NCBI RefSeq assembly: GCF_000012805.1
Contig: NC_007484.1
Span: 2,730,001-2,762,000, forward strand
DNA from: Nitrosococcus oceani ATCC 19707
Lineage (GTDB): Bacteria; Pseudomonadota; Gammaproteobacteria; Nitrosococcales; Nitrosococcaceae
Direction of reading: 5' to 3'
DNA length: 32,000 nt
Under the pieces are notes generated by a model. That model made no database searches. It was not told the origin of the DNA and saw nothing but the letters and a program-made list of their open reading frames with translations. The translations under genes were made by a program, and so were the position numbers. Below are positions 1-10,227 of this stretch, one piece after another (position 1 is the stretch's first letter; every line of letters begins with the position of its first letter).

Positions 1-1237
1 CCATGGGCTCTGGTTTGGAGTCGATTTCCATCCGGATACGGCTGGCGGACTCGTCAATAAGATCAATGGCCTTATCTGGCAGCTTACGATCCGTAATGTA
101 ACGGTGGGATAAAGTCGCCGCCGCCACAATGGCGGGATCAGTAATTTCTACTCCATGATGAACCTCGTAGCGTTCACTTAGTCCCCGCAGAATAGCGATC
201 GTATCCTCCACATTGGGCTCATCAACTAGCACTTTTTGGAAACGCCGCTCCAAAGCTGCATCTTTTTCGATGTATCGGCGGTATTCATCCAGGGTCGTCG
301 CCCCAATACAATGAAGTTCGCCCCGGGCTAAGGCGGGTTTGAGCATATTGCTCGCATCCATGGCTCCTTCCGCTTTGCCTGCTCCCACCACCGTATGGAG
401 TTCATCAATAAATAAGATAATATTTCCTTCAGCCTTACTAATATCCTTGAGCACAGCCTTGAGGCGCTCTTCGAATTCGCCCCGGAACTTGGCCCCAGCA
501 ATCAGCGCCCCCATGTCCAAAGCAAGCAGGCGCCTGTTTTTAAGCCCTTCCGGTACTTCGCTATTAATAATACGCTGGGCCAACCCTTCAGCAATCGCAG
601 TTTTACCCACCCCTGGCTCACCAATTAGCACAGGGTTATTTTTAGTCCGGCGTTGCAACACCTGAATAGTGCGGCGAATCTCATCGTCACGGCCAATGAC
701 GGGGTCTAGTTTGCCCTGTTCTGCCCGCTCCGTAAGATCAATGGTATAGCGTTCCAAAGCTTGACGTTGATCCTCAGCGCCAGGTTCATTCACTTGTTGG
801 CCGCCACGAATTGCCTGGATAGCTGCCTCTATACCGACCTTGGTTGCGCCATTTTTACGCAGCAGCTCGCCTACTTGACCTTTATCTTCTACCGCGGCAA
901 GCACAAATAATTCACTAGAAATATATTGATCCTGGCGCTGCTGGGCCAACTTATCGGTCACATTAAGCAAGCGGGCCAAATCCTGGGAAAGATGGATCTC
1001 TCCAGGAGTCCCCTGCACTTGGGGAAGCTGTTTCAGGGCCTCCCTAAGCTGGGTATGGAGATTATGGACATTCACCCCGGCCTGCATTAGCAGCGGAGGA
1101 ACACTACTCCCTTGCTGCTCTAGCAGGGCGAATATCACATGGAGCGGTTCTAAAAACTGATGATCCTGGCCTACTGCCACACTTTGGGCGTCGGCCAGGG
1201 CTTCCTGAAATTTAGTCGTTAATTTATCCTGTCGCAT
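1..1237 (-). CDS. clpB: ClpB AAA+ disaggregase, N-terminal ~412 codons (3' part beyond window start)
   Basis: Reverse translation from ATG at 1237-1235 reads [33 protein letters not shown]... and continues through [53 protein letters not shown] (Walker A, antisense of ~600-630) and [14 protein letters not shown] (Walker B). Absent from the ORF track only because it is open at the window edge. Confidence 0.92.
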   Translation of the reverse strand, partial: MRQDKLTTKFQEALADAQSVAVGQDHQFLEPLHVIFALLEQQGSSVPPLLMQAGVNVHNLHTQLREALKQLPQVQGTPGEIHLSQDLARLLNVTDKLAQQRQDQYISSELFVLAAVEDKGQVGELLRKNGATKVGIEAAIQAIRGGQQVNEPGAEDQRQALERYTIDLTERAEQGKLDPVIGRDDEIRRTIQVLQRRTKNNPVLIGEPGVGKTAIAEGLAQRIINSEVPEGLKNRRLLALDMGALIAGAKFRGEFEERLKAVLKDISKAEGNIILFIDELHTVVGAGKAEGAMDASNMLKPALARGELHCIGATTLDEYRRYIEKDAALERRFQKVLVDEPNVEDTIAILRGLSERYEVHHGVEITDPAIVAAATLSHRYITDRKLPDKAIDLIDESASRIRMEIDSKPEPM

Positions 1238-1280
1238 TAGACAAACCCTCTGGCATCTAATCTCTCATTCTAAGAACTAA

Positions 1281-1308
1281 AGATGGGGGCTGCGCCTGTA
1301 AATTAAAC
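1281..1308 (-). promoter_or_regulatory. Possible sigma32-type heat-shock promoter of clpB
   Basis: The minus strand reads GTTTAAT-N13-CCCCATCT about 44 nt upstream of the clpB ATG. CCCCATCT fits the sigma32 -10 consensus CCCCATNT. The -35 is a weak match to CTTGAAA. Confidence 0.3.
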
Positions 1309-1320
1309 CCCATCCGCCGC

Positions 1321-2049
1321 CTAAGAAGTTTCCTCCCTCTGGCCTTGTATAGTTTGGGCAACCAACGCTAAACACTCCTCTTGCGATAAGGAGAGACAGG
1401 ATATAGGGGAACTATAACGGAGGAAGACGCGGCTTCGAAGTAGCACCGCTCCCAGAATTCGACCTTCTCCTTTCACCCCTTCAATATGCAGTCCACAGAT
1501 GGGTGCATTAGAACGGACAGCAAGCCAAGCTACCCCTTTTTTGAGAGGGCGAGGCGGGTCCGTATCCAGATGAATTCCTCCCTGGGGGAAAATAACCACG
1601 GCTTCCCCTGCGCGCAGAGCAAGCAAAGCCTGCCGAAGGGCTTTTTCTGGCCGACCGCTGCGATCAACGGGGATACACCCCATGGCGCGGCACAATTTTC
1701 TGAGCCCAAATCGCTGATACTGCTCGCGGGCAATTAAAAACCTTAAGGGCCGGGGACTCGCTGCCACCAAAAGCAGCGGATCTAACCCGGAAACATGGTT
1801 AGCCGCCACCAAGATTCCCCCTTGTAGGGGTAAGGGCAACAAATCAGAGCTAAGATGATGAAAGCGGCGGCAATAAAGACGATTCAAACCATCCAGTCGA
1901 TTCAGCCACCGTCCGCCCCAGTCGACCTCATTAGCCGCCTCACAAGCACGAAGACCCCGGCTCCATCCCCAGCCTGCTGCAACAACCGCTAAAATGAAAA
2001 AAAGCCATAGCCCAATCTCAGCCAGCATAGCCACCATTACTTTACTCAA
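1321..2049 (-). CDS. Lysophospholipid (1-acyl-sn-glycerol-3-phosphate) acyltransferase family protein
   Basis: 242-aa ORF with an N-terminal TM helix, acyltransferase motif I NHVSGLDP (HX4D) and a motif III-like FPQGG. The track start is TTG; in-frame ATGs at 2037 and 2028 are alternative starts. Confidence 0.7.
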   Translation of the reverse strand: MSKVMVAMLAEIGLWLFFILAVVAAGWGWSRGLRACEAANEVDWGGRWLNRLDGLNRLYCRRFHHLSSDLLPLPLQGGILVAANHVSGLDPLLLVAASPRPLRFLIAREQYQRFGLRKLCRAMGCIPVDRSGRPEKALRQALLALRAGEAVVIFPQGGIHLDTDPPRPLKKGVAWLAVRSNAPICGLHIEGVKGEGRILGAVLLRSRVFLRYSSPISCLSLSQEECLALVAQTIQGQREETS

Positions 2050-2089
2050 GCACCTTATTAGTTTTTAAATCCCGCCCCTGGCCTTAGGA

Positions 2090-2719
2090 TTAAGATTCAG
2101 CCTTAAAAATCGTAGTATCGCCCTTGCCCTCGCGGATAACTTTTGGCATGTCTTCGACCAAATCAACGACAGTGGTCGGCTCGAAGCCACAATAACCACC
2201 ATCGATAATAAGATCTACTTGGCTACCAATCCGATCTCGAATCTCTTCTGGATCGGTGAGGGGAATATCTTCTCCTGGTAAAAGCAAGGTGGAGCTTATC
2301 AAGGGTTCACCCAGGGTAGCCAGCAATGCTTGAGTGACTGTATTATCAGGAACCCGAATTCCAATCGTGCGCCGCTTGGGGTCTTGCAAACGCCGCGGCA
2401 CTTCCCGTGTCGCCTTAAAAATAAAAGTATAAGCGCCTGGCGTGAGGGCCTTTAATAACCGAAAGGCGCTATTGCCTACTTTGGCGTAGAGGGAAAGTTC
2501 CGAAAGGTCGCGGCTCACCAAACTAAATTCATGGCGATTGCCGAGACCTCGGAGCTGGCGGATACGATCCGCTGCCGCCTTATTTCCCACTCGGCATCCC
2601 AACGCATAGCCAGAATCAGTAGGATAGACAATGAGTCCTTCTTGCTGGAGGAAATTAACTGCTTGGTTAAGGAGGCGCTGCTGGGGATTAGCAGGATGGA
2701 TACGAAAATACTGACTCAT
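2090..2719 (-). CDS. yciO: YciO, a YrdC/Sua5-fold (threonylcarbamoyl-AMP synthase-like) protein
   Basis: 209 aa. MSQYFRIHPANPQQRLLNQAV...YPTDSGYALGC...PGAYTFIF...IGIRVPDN is nearly colinear with E. coli YciO as recalled. It lies 18 nt downstream of trpH, the same pairing as in enterics. Confidence 0.85.
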   Translation of the reverse strand: MSQYFRIHPANPQQRLLNQAVNFLQQEGLIVYPTDSGYALGCRVGNKAAADRIRQLRGLGNRHEFSLVSRDLSELSLYAKVGNSAFRLLKALTPGAYTFIFKATREVPRRLQDPKRRTIGIRVPDNTVTQALLATLGEPLISSTLLLPGEDIPLTDPEEIRDRIGSQVDLIIDGGYCGFEPTTVVDLVEDMPKVIREGKGDTTIFKAES

Positions 2720-2737
2720 AAAAATGAAACCTCACAA

Positions 2738-3574
2738 TCATTGCCATAAACTCCATACCGGCTTGCAGCTCCCAGGCAAAGGAGGAATTCTCCCCAGTTC
2801 GCTCCAGGTTTGCCCAGGCCCATGGTAGTCGGAGCCACAAGACCCGAGCAATTCCATTTCCCTAGCAAGACCCAATAAAAGCGCCGTTGCCTCTGGCGGC
2901 TGGCTACCTGATACCACTTCCATCGCAACGCCCCCGCATGCCTTAAATTCCCTGAGCAACCGCACTAATTTACTACGGGTCAAATGGTAGCGTGCCGGGT
3001 GTGCAACGACGGCACATCCACCCGCCTGCCTAATCCAGGTTACAGCCTGCTCCAAGGTTGTCCAACAGCCTGAAACATGACCGGGCTTGCCCTGGACTAA
3101 ATAGCGTTTAAAAACTGCCTGGGTATTTTTGGCGTATCCCTTTGCCACCAAAAAACGGGCAAAATGGGTACGGCTGAGGATGCTACCCTGGGCATAGCAG
3201 GAAGCTCCCTCTAACGCTCCCTCAATGCCCGCTTTTTGCAAACCATGGGCAATTTCACGGGCCCGCTCATCCCGGTAGGCTCGTAGCTTTTGAAGACCAG
3301 CTTGCAATCCTGGCTCCTCCTGGTTAATTCCCAATCCTAGAATATGTACCGTACGCCCTCCCCAGGTTACCGAAATCTCCACTCCGGGGATCAGATTCAA
3401 AGCTAGGCTCTCAGCGACCGCACTGGCTTCAGTCAAGCCAGCGGTGCAATCATGATCGGTCAAGGCCAGGACATTCACTCCTTGGTCGGCAGCCCGTCGT
3501 ACGAGTTCTGCTGGCTTCAAGGTTCCATCGGAAACCGTTGAATGGGTGTGTAAATCATAAATTACTGTTGTCAT
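2738..3574 (-). CDS. trpH: PHP-domain phosphoesterase TrpH/YciV (RNase AM family)
   Basis: 278 aa starting with YDLHTHSTVSDG (PHP metal-binding motif); also LALTDHD and GSDYH near the C-terminus. Confidence 0.85.
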   Translation of the reverse strand: MTTVIYDLHTHSTVSDGTLKPAELVRRAADQGVNVLALTDHDCTAGLTEASAVAESLALNLIPGVEISVTWGGRTVHILGLGINQEEPGLQAGLQKLRAYRDERAREIAHGLQKAGIEGALEGASCYAQGSILSRTHFARFLVAKGYAKNTQAVFKRYLVQGKPGHVSGCWTTLEQAVTWIRQAGGCAVVAHPARYHLTRSKLVRLLREFKACGGVAMEVVSGSQPPEATALLLGLAREMELLGSCGSDYHGPGQTWSELGRIPPLPGSCKPVWSLWQ

Positions 3575-3639
3575 TTGATACAGTGTACCTTATACGGCAA
3601 AGTCAGTAAGATATTTTATGCGTTTACAGGATAAATCTT

Positions 3640-4254
3640 ATGAAACTGTTTTTTGACCTTTTTCCCATTATTTTATTTTTTGCCGCTTATCAACTCTACG
3701 ACCAACTACCTCCAGACATTGTAGCGGGACTTGATCGCATTCCCTTTTTGGTATTAATTCCCGGCGCACCGGAAAATGCCATTCTTTTTGCCACGGCGAT
3801 AGCTATCCTGGCCTCTGTTCTCCAAGTCGGCCTTTATTTTTTTAAGCACCATCGTTTTGAGTCCATGCATCTGGTCACGCTGGGCCTAGTAGTCGTATTG
3901 GGAGGAGCCACCCTCATGTTTCGGGACCCCACCTTCATCAAGTGGAAACCCACCGTGGTCAATTGGCTTTTCGGTCTTGCCTTTCTTGCTAGCCAGCTAT
4001 TTACCCGCAAGCCCTTGGTGCAACGGATGATGAGCACGGCAATCACCTTACCAACCTCCATCTGGAATCGTCTTAATGGAGCCTGGATAATATTTTTTCT
4101 TGTTTCGGGTCTGGCTAATCTCTATGTCGCCTACGCCTTTACAGAAGCTGTCTGGGTAAACTTCAAACTGTTTGGTATGCTAGGATTAACTTTGTTATTC
4201 GTCGTTGGCCAGGCTTTTTACCTGACCCGATACCTCAACCCCTCCGAGGACTAA
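3640..4254 (+). CDS. yciB: Inner-membrane septation protein A (YciB/IspZ)
   Basis: 204 aa with 5 predicted TM helices. N-terminus [17 protein letters not shown] is typical of YciB. Divergent from trpH. Confidence 0.8.
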   Translation: MKLFFDLFPIILFFAAYQLYDQLPPDIVAGLDRIPFLVLIPGAPENAILFATAIAILASVLQVGLYFFKHHRFESMHLVTLGLVVVLGGATLMFRDPTFIKWKPTVVNWLFGLAFLASQLFTRKPLVQRMMSTAITLPTSIWNRLNGAWIIFFLVSGLANLYVAYAFTEAVWVNFKLFGMLGLTLLFVVGQAFYLTRYLNPSED

Positions 4255-4256
4255 TC

Positions 4257-4556
4257 ATGCTCTATGCAATTATTGGTCAAGATATTGACCATAGCCTGGA
4301 ACGCCGCCGCCAGGTCCGCTCCGAGCACTTGGCGCGAATCCGGAAACTCCAAGAAAATGGCCACCTGGTACTAGCAGGTCCTTTTCCCGCTCTGGATACT
4401 CAGGACCCTGGAGAAGCAGGCTTTACCGGCAGTCTCATCGTGGCGGAATTTTCCTCCCTGGAAGCAGCCCAACAATGGGCCGAAGCTGATCCTTATGTAG
4501 AAGCGGGAGTCTATGCCCAGGTCACCGTCAAACCCTTCAAACAGGTGCTGCCGTGA
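4257..4556 (+). CDS. yciI: YciI family protein
   Basis: 99 aa. [20 protein letters not shown]...[10 protein letters not shown] fits the YciI-like fold. Starts 2 nt after the yciB stop. Confidence 0.75.
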   Translation: MLYAIIGQDIDHSLERRRQVRSEHLARIRKLQENGHLVLAGPFPALDTQDPGEAGFTGSLIVAEFSSLEAAQQWAEADPYVEAGVYAQVTVKPFKQVLP

Positions 4557-4834
4557 CTCCAGAGGAACGGATCGTATTTATTCAAACTCATTTAAAGGCA
4601 GCTCTTTCCCCCCAGTATATAGCCGTTGAAGATGAAAGCGCCCGCCATGCTGGCCATAAGGGCCATGGCGGCGGCGGCCACTACCAGGTCACCATTGTAG
4701 CGGAAGCTTTTAACGGAAAGTCTTTATTAGAGCGCCACCGCATGGTCTACAGTGCGGTCCAGGAAGGCATAGGTCAGGATATTCACGCCCTGAGCATTAA
4801 AGCTTATACACCCCAGGAGAACCCATTAAGTTAG
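4553..4834 (+). CDS. BolA family protein
   Basis: 93 aa. [11 protein letters not shown]...[35 protein letters not shown] is BolA-like. Its GTG start overlaps the yciI stop (GTGA), suggesting translational coupling. Confidence 0.75.
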   Translation: MTPEERIVFIQTHLKAALSPQYIAVEDESARHAGHKGHGGGGHYQVTIVAEAFNGKSLLERHRMVYSAVQEGIGQDIHALSIKAYTPQENPLS

Positions 4835-4864
4835 AAGCTTTGCTGCTTCCCATGGGCTGCAATC

Positions 4865-6937
4865 ATGGATGCCACTGACCTAAACCACCCTGATCTTTAC
4901 CTCAACCGCGAGCTCAGCCTGCTGCAATTTCATAGCCGGGTGCTGGCCCAGGCGAGCGACGAAAGTATCCCCTTGCTGGAACGGCTCCGCTTTCTTTGTA
5001 TCTCCAGCACCAACCTGGATGAATTTTTCGAAATACGGGTCTCGGGGCTTAAAGAGAAAATCGTCTTGGGCTCAATTCAGGCAGGGCCGGATGGTCTAAC
5101 GCCCCATGAAACCTTAAAGCGAGTGAGTGAACATGCCCATAGCTTGGTAGAAGAGCAATACCGGATCTTACAGGAAATCTTGTTTCCCCAGCTTGAAAAA
5201 GAGAACATCCGCTTTCTCCGACGCCAAGAATGGAGCTCTAAACAAACCCAGTGGGTAAAACGCTACTTTAACAATGAGCTGGTGCCGATGCTAAGTCCCC
5301 TCGGCTTGGATCCCGCCCATCCTTTTCCCCGGATTATCAATAAAAGCCTAAATTTTATCGTTTCCCTGGAAGGAAAAGACGCCTTTGGCCGGGAGAACGG
5401 CATTGCTATTGTCACGGCTCCCAGGGCTCTGCCACGGCTTATCCATCTACCCCATGCCTATAGCAAGGGACCCTACGATTTCATTTTCCTCTCTTCCATT
5501 ATTCATGCCTACGTAGATGATTTATTCCCAGGGATGTCCGCTACAGGCTGTTACCAATTCCGGGTCACCCGCAACAGCGATCTATTTGTGGATGAGGAAG
5601 AAATTGATGATTTGCTCCATGCCCTGGAAGGAGAGCTGTCCACACGCCGCTATGGCGATGCCGTTCGTTTAGAAGTAGCGGATAATTGCTCCGATGAAAT
5701 GTCTCATTTTCTTCTCAAGCAATTCAACCTGACCTCGGATGATCTCTATGAAGTAAGCGGCTTAGTTAGCTTAAACCGCTTGATGCCTCTCCCGGATCTG
5801 GTAGAGCGCCCTGATCTTAAATATCCACCGTTCACTCCCGGCCTTCCCTTGCGCATGAGCCGCAGCACGGACATCTTTGAAATCATTCAGCGCGGGGATG
5901 TACTGCTACACCACCCTTTCGATTCCTTTGTCCCCGTCATCGAGTTCCTGCGCAAAGCAGCAGCCGATCCTCAAGTGCTGGCAATTAAACAAACTCTTTA
6001 CCGCACGGGTCCCGACTCCGCCATTGTTAGTGCGCTGGTGGATGCCGCCAAGGCTGGCAAGGAAGTCATTGCGGTAGTGGAACTGCGGGCCCGCTTCGAC
6101 GAAGCAGAAAATATTCACTTAGCAAACCGTTTACAGGATGCCGGCGCGCAAGTAGTTTATGGGGTGGTAGGCTATAAAAGCCATGCCAAAATGATAGTAG
6201 TGGTACGGCGAGAAAGGAAGCGACTACGACGCTATGTACACTTGGGCACCGGCAATTACCACGCAAGAACCAGCCGCATCTATACCGATATGGGTCTACT
6301 GACTTGCGACAAAGATATTGGCGATGACGTCCATAAAATATTTTTGCAACTCACCGGGCTCGGTAAAGCTGGCAAACTCAAAAAACTCTGGCAATCCCCC
6401 TTTACCCTTCACAAGCAGCTCATCAATGCCATCGAGCGGGAAGCAGAACATGCTAGCAACGGCAAAGCCGCCCATCTCATCGCTAAACTTAATGCCCTTA
6501 CGGAACCCCAACTCATCCAAGCCCTTTACCGAGCTTCCCAAGCTGGGGTGAAAATTGAACTCATTATCCGGGGCACCTGCCGATTGCGGCCCGGTATTCC
6601 CAATGTCTCGGACAATATTCACGTACGCTCTATTGTTGGCCGTTTTCTGGAGCACAGCCGTATCTATTATTTTCTCAACGGTGGCCATAGCGAAATCTAC
6701 TGCGCCAGCGCTGATTGGATGGAACGAAACATATTCCGCCGTGTCGAAACCGCCTTTCCCATCGAAGATCCCCAGCTAGCCAAACGGGTCTTCAAGGAAG
6801 GGCTTTCGGTCTATCTCTCGGACAACACCCAGGCATGGATACTGCAATCCGATGGCAGCTACAAACGCCTCAGGCCAACAGGCAATCAAAAACCGCGTTC
6901 AGCACAACAATTATTGCTAGAGAAACAGGCGGGTTAG
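4865..6937 (+). CDS. ppk: Polyphosphate kinase 1
   Basis: 690 aa. YLNRELSLLQFHSRVLAQA...RFLCISSTNLDEFFEIRV, GYKSHAKM (phospho-His region) and the C-terminal PLD-like repeats are all characteristic of PPK1. Confidence 0.95.
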   Translation: MDATDLNHPDLYLNRELSLLQFHSRVLAQASDESIPLLERLRFLCISSTNLDEFFEIRVSGLKEKIVLGSIQAGPDGLTPHETLKRVSEHAHSLVEEQYRILQEILFPQLEKENIRFLRRQEWSSKQTQWVKRYFNNELVPMLSPLGLDPAHPFPRIINKSLNFIVSLEGKDAFGRENGIAIVTAPRALPRLIHLPHAYSKGPYDFIFLSSIIHAYVDDLFPGMSATGCYQFRVTRNSDLFVDEEEIDDLLHALEGELSTRRYGDAVRLEVADNCSDEMSHFLLKQFNLTSDDLYEVSGLVSLNRLMPLPDLVERPDLKYPPFTPGLPLRMSRSTDIFEIIQRGDVLLHHPFDSFVPVIEFLRKAAADPQVLAIKQTLYRTGPDSAIVSALVDAAKAGKEVIAVVELRARFDEAENIHLANRLQDAGAQVVYGVVGYKSHAKMIVVVRRERKRLRRYVHLGTGNYHARTSRIYTDMGLLTCDKDIGDDVHKIFLQLTGLGKAGKLKKLWQSPFTLHKQLINAIEREAEHASNGKAAHLIAKLNALTEPQLIQALYRASQAGVKIELIIRGTCRLRPGIPNVSDNIHVRSIVGRFLEHSRIYYFLNGGHSEIYCASADWMERNIFRRVETAFPIEDPQLAKRVFKEGLSVYLSDNTQAWILQSDGSYKRLRPTGNQKPRSAQQLLLEKQAG

Positions 6938-7029
6938 GCTCCCGTAGTGTTATTCTTATACCCTCTTGCTGGCGACTTTCTGATAATGAACTTCAGCGTC
7001 CGCTTCCCCTTTTCTCCACCACTTTCGAT

Positions 7030-7590
7030 CTAATTCAAACTTAAATTCAATATCGCGGCTAGAGACTTACACCACGCGTCAATCGGCAAATTCTCATCGT
7101 CTAGCCACATTCTCTCTGCCGTATAAACGATAGATACGCCCTCCAGCATAAGACTTTTAATCTCCTTATCATTGCCGACCGCATAAGCCAAGTTTGCGCT
7201 GACAAGATTCGCACCCGATAGCATCGCCCCACGCAAATCGCATGATTTCAATGACGATCCAGCAAGATTGGCATTTCTCATATCCGCATAAATAAGGGAT
7301 GAACCATCAAAGAGGACACCGCTTAAATCGGAACCGTAAAAACAAGCACGCTTTAAATTGCACGCATACCATGCGGTTATCTCCGGGTGCTGAACCGTGT
7401 GATCAAAGTCAATTAAACTTTCCCCAGAAGGCAGGCGAGTGTTGTCTGTGAAGTTGGATTAGATGTTCGACGCTTCCCCTCTCAGCGGGCATCTGGCCAA
7501 GGTATCGTCAAACAACGTATCTAGCACTAGCACAATTGTGCTGCTCATAGGGCTGGAGAATATCTTCCAAGAAATAACGCCGTTGGCCAT
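7030..7590 (-). pseudogene. Pentapeptide-repeat protein gene interrupted by an in-frame TAA (7461-7459)
   Basis: Tandem A(D/N)LXX repeats (CNLKR ACFYG SDLSG VLFDG SSLIY ADMRN ANLAG SSLKS CDLRG AMLSG ANLVS ANLAY) run straight through the first Met of the 83-aa track ORF (7281). No ATG/GTG/TTG lies between that Met and the in-frame TAA at 7459-7461. The same frame continues upstream to an ATG at 7590. Confidence 0.5.
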
Positions 7591-7868
7591 ATTATTCCTT
7601 ATCAGCGGGATGCGGATAGTGAGTTAGACCCTCTGGCTGACATGGTAAACTTCAGCCGCCCAGCCGAAACAGCCGAGAATGACAAAGTAGCAAACCCGCA
7701 GGGAGTCGTCATACTGCCTAATAAATGGAAATATGCTTTTTCAAGCTATTTTCCTGGCGTGGAACCCTTGCCATTGTTGCCCTGGGCGGCGACGGCAACA
7801 GCCCACGGTAAACCCGGACAGAAGCGGCAGCGTCGTAAGCCAGCATAGAAGTATCAATATGGCAAGCA

Positions 7869-8648
7869 TCAGGACCCCTCGTTGGCTGCAGAAACGGCGG
7901 TATCGCGCCTCATCCAGCCAAACCGCTCAAAGATAGCTCGGCCCTCATCGCCTTCGAGAAAACGAGTAAAGGCTTGCGCTTCCGGTTTGGTGCGGGAGCG
8001 CTCGGTAAAAACTATTCCACAATCACGATAGATGCGATAGTGGGGCTCCAAGGGAATCACATCGGCAATGCCGGGATTGGCGATAGCCCAAATATTATAA
8101 ACAATCCAGGCATCGATTTTTGGGTCCGTCAGCCAGCGTTCCTTGGCTGCGCCCGTATTTGTGGCGTAATGCACGATATTGCCGCGCAGCGCCCGTAAGG
8201 TGGTGATGTCGCCGCCGCGGCCAACAATATCTTCCCACAAGCCAACTTGGCCCGCGCCATGGACCACCAGTACGCGGCGGCCAGGTTTGAGCAGATCCGC
8301 TAAACCGCTAATGCCAGCAGGATTGCCCGGCCGCACAAGGATCGCCGCTGGCCGTAAATACATCGGCCGCACCGTATCTGCTGCCAGCATCGATCCCAGT
8401 ATGAGGAGAAAGTCCGACATCATGTGCTCCGAGCCGCTATAGAGCAGATCGGCATTGCCCCGCGCGGCCTCAATCCAAGTTGGGGTTGGACCAGCCGTAA
8501 CCACCACCTTCGTTCCGGAGGCCTTTTCAAAAGCGGCCGCTGCGGCCTTCATAGCCGGAGCCGGGCCGCCAGGACCATATACGTATAATTCAACTCCATG
8601 GGCGCTAAAAACCAGTGCCCACATCATGATCAACGATAAAAATTTCAT
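7869..8648 (-). CDS. Periplasmic substrate-binding protein, ModA/SBP_bac_11-like (type II PBP), orphan
   Basis: 259 aa with signal peptide MKFLSLIMMWALVFSAHG. The layout is ModA-like (AAAAFEKASGTKVVV..., ADLLYSGSE, ILVRPGNPAGISGLADLLKPGRRV, DAWIVY, AQAFTRFLEGDEGRAIFERFGW). The start overlaps the stop of the upstream gene (ATGA). Confidence 0.6.
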   Translation of the reverse strand: MKFLSLIMMWALVFSAHGVELYVYGPGGPAPAMKAAAAAFEKASGTKVVVTAGPTPTWIEAARGNADLLYSGSEHMMSDFLLILGSMLAADTVRPMYLRPAAILVRPGNPAGISGLADLLKPGRRVLVVHGAGQVGLWEDIVGRGGDITTLRALRGNIVHYATNTGAAKERWLTDPKIDAWIVYNIWAIANPGIADVIPLEPHYRIYRDCGIVFTERSRTKPEAQAFTRFLEGDEGRAIFERFGWMRRDTAVSAANEGS

Positions 8649-9625
8649 GGCGACTCCCTGGAGCGCCGTGGCTGGAAGCTGTATTTCTTATATACAGCCT
8701 GGGCCGCAGGGCTCTTCATAAAAGCGAAAAAATCCCGCGCGGCCTGCCCATGGGGGGCATCCTTGAGGCGGGCGGCAGTATAAGTTACGATGGTATTCTG
8801 TTCCCGTGGTATTGGCACCGCTTCCACCGGATGTTGCAGGATCTGCTGCTGGAAGTACGGCTCGGTTGACCACACCGGCGCCGCATCAGACTGGCCCTGG
8901 AGCACGCGCAACGGTGATTGGCGGTGATGCATATAGGTCAGATAGGTGCTACCGTCCGCTACCTTGGTTTCCATAATGGTACGTTCAAGCGCTTCCCCAC
9001 CCACCTTACGATAACTGGCGATGATCTGCTTGCCAATTCCTTCCCATTTAGGGTTGGGCATAGCGACCCGCACATCGGAACGGCCCAGATCGGCCAGACT
9101 TTTAATGTTCTTAGGGTTGCCCTTGGCCACCATGATCGCAAGCAGGTTGCGGGCGTAATCATAGGTTTCCGCGAACCAGCCATGCTGCTGCTGGAGTTCG
9201 GCAATGGCGCCCTTACCGGCTGTGTAGACATCGGGTTTCAGCGTGATCCGCAGATTACCCATCACTAGAGAGGCTGTTTCAATCTGCTTGGCCTCAATAC
9301 CCGGCGGCAACGTTTCCACGAATACCCGTTGATACTGGGGATAAGCCTGCTTGAAGGCCGCCATCAGATCATGGACTACCATAAATTGGTTACCGGCGAA
9401 AAACACCACAAGCTGCGGATCAATGATATCGCCATGGAGATCTGCAATCGCATTCACGGGCGGCACTGCAAAGGACACTCCCCCTGAAGGCGGCGGATTC
9501 CAAGGCGGTAGATAGTCGGCCTTCTCCGCCGCCAGGGGGGGCACGCTGGCAAAGATCACCACTAAGAGGATTACCAGCAACAGCCGTGACAAAATAAAAT
9601 GAGGCACGGTGCATCCTCCTTTCAT
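8645..9625 (-). CDS. Periplasmic substrate-binding protein, SBP_bac_11-like (type II PBP), orphan
   Basis: 326 aa with an N-terminal hydrophobic signal (ILSRLLLVILLVVIFASVPPLAA). PBP-like segments include VVFFAGNQFMVVHDLMAAFKQ, LAIMVAKGNPKNIKSLADLGRSDVRVAMPNP and ARDFFAFMKSPAAQAVYKKYSF. Confidence 0.55.
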   Translation of the reverse strand: MKGGCTVPHFILSRLLLVILLVVIFASVPPLAAEKADYLPPWNPPPSGGVSFAVPPVNAIADLHGDIIDPQLVVFFAGNQFMVVHDLMAAFKQAYPQYQRVFVETLPPGIEAKQIETASLVMGNLRITLKPDVYTAGKGAIAELQQQHGWFAETYDYARNLLAIMVAKGNPKNIKSLADLGRSDVRVAMPNPKWEGIGKQIIASYRKVGGEALERTIMETKVADGSTYLTYMHHRQSPLRVLQGQSDAAPVWSTEPYFQQQILQHPVEAVPIPREQNTIVTYTAARLKDAPHGQAARDFFAFMKSPAAQAVYKKYSFQPRRSRESP

Positions 9626-9631
9626 GGTGAG

Positions 9632-10177
9632 CTATAGGGGCGTTAATGCATAGCCCTGTTGCTGCAAATCCATAATGGTCGTCAAAGCAGACAGGGCCAA
9701 AGTAACGCGGGAATCAATCCATTCATAGGCGTAATGATGTTCCGCCACCGCCTGGCCGCACACGGCGATATCCACGCCCGCCTTACGCAGTTCCTCAATC
9801 ACCGGCAAATTAGGATTGGCGGTACCGTATTGCTCCCGGTAATGGGCCTCATCCAGGGCAATGGAGGTGGCGGCGCCATGGGCAACCGCAACGAATTTTA
9901 AGTGCTGCAGTGGCACACCAGCATTCACGTACAAATTCACCGTGCGCGCCACACGCTCTAACGCGGGGCTTAACTGATTAGGTTTAACCGCGGCCTGGGT
10001 CAGATCAAACACCACCTTGTAGGTGGACTTGCGGTCCGGCTGATAAGCGGCTTGAGGCACGGAATATATCTGCCCCGCGCTTTGAATCGCTAACGCCTGC
10101 TGGGAGTCACCCGCCGCCATGGCGCCGCCAGCAAAAGTAAAGCTGAACATAATTGCTATCACAGTCCCGTTATTCAT
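9632..10177 (-). CDS. DsrE/DsrF-like family protein with signal peptide
   Basis: Start chosen at the ATG at 10177 (good SD AGAGGTGG; the track start at 10222 is TTG). Signal MNNGTVIAIMFSFTFAGGAMA. KVVFDLTQ...FVAVAHGAA...VAVCGQA...LQQQGYALTPL resembles the COG1416/DsrE-like fold, as recalled. Confidence 0.5.
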   Translation of the reverse strand: MNNGTVIAIMFSFTFAGGAMAAGDSQQALAIQSAGQIYSVPQAAYQPDRKSTYKVVFDLTQAAVKPNQLSPALERVARTVNLYVNAGVPLQHLKFVAVAHGAATSIALDEAHYREQYGTANPNLPVIEELRKAGVDIAVCGQAVAEHHYAYEWIDSRVTLALSALTTIMDLQQQGYALTPL

Positions 10178-10227
10178 AGCAGCCACCTCTTTTATCGCAG
10201 GGGATACAGGATAGGCTAGCAAAAAAA

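Noticed and set aside
339-665. 108-aa plus-strand ORF
   Set aside because: It lies antisense within clpB, whose reverse-strand translation is unambiguous.
7529-7542. 14-bp perfect palindrome AGCACAATTGTGCT in the ORF-free region upstream of the pentapeptide gene
   Set aside because: About two 7+7 perfect palindromes are expected by chance in 32 kb. It has no second copy and no adjacent promoter elements, so it is kept only as a note.
7591-7868. ~280-bp stretch without convincing genes (small ORFs 7642-7848 and 7733-7936, plus a weak hairpin at 7776-7799)
   Set aside because: The small ORFs have no motifs or SD sequences. The hairpin has a 6-bp stem and no T-run. I found no RNA-gene signature, so this is probably degenerate spacer left by rearrangement.
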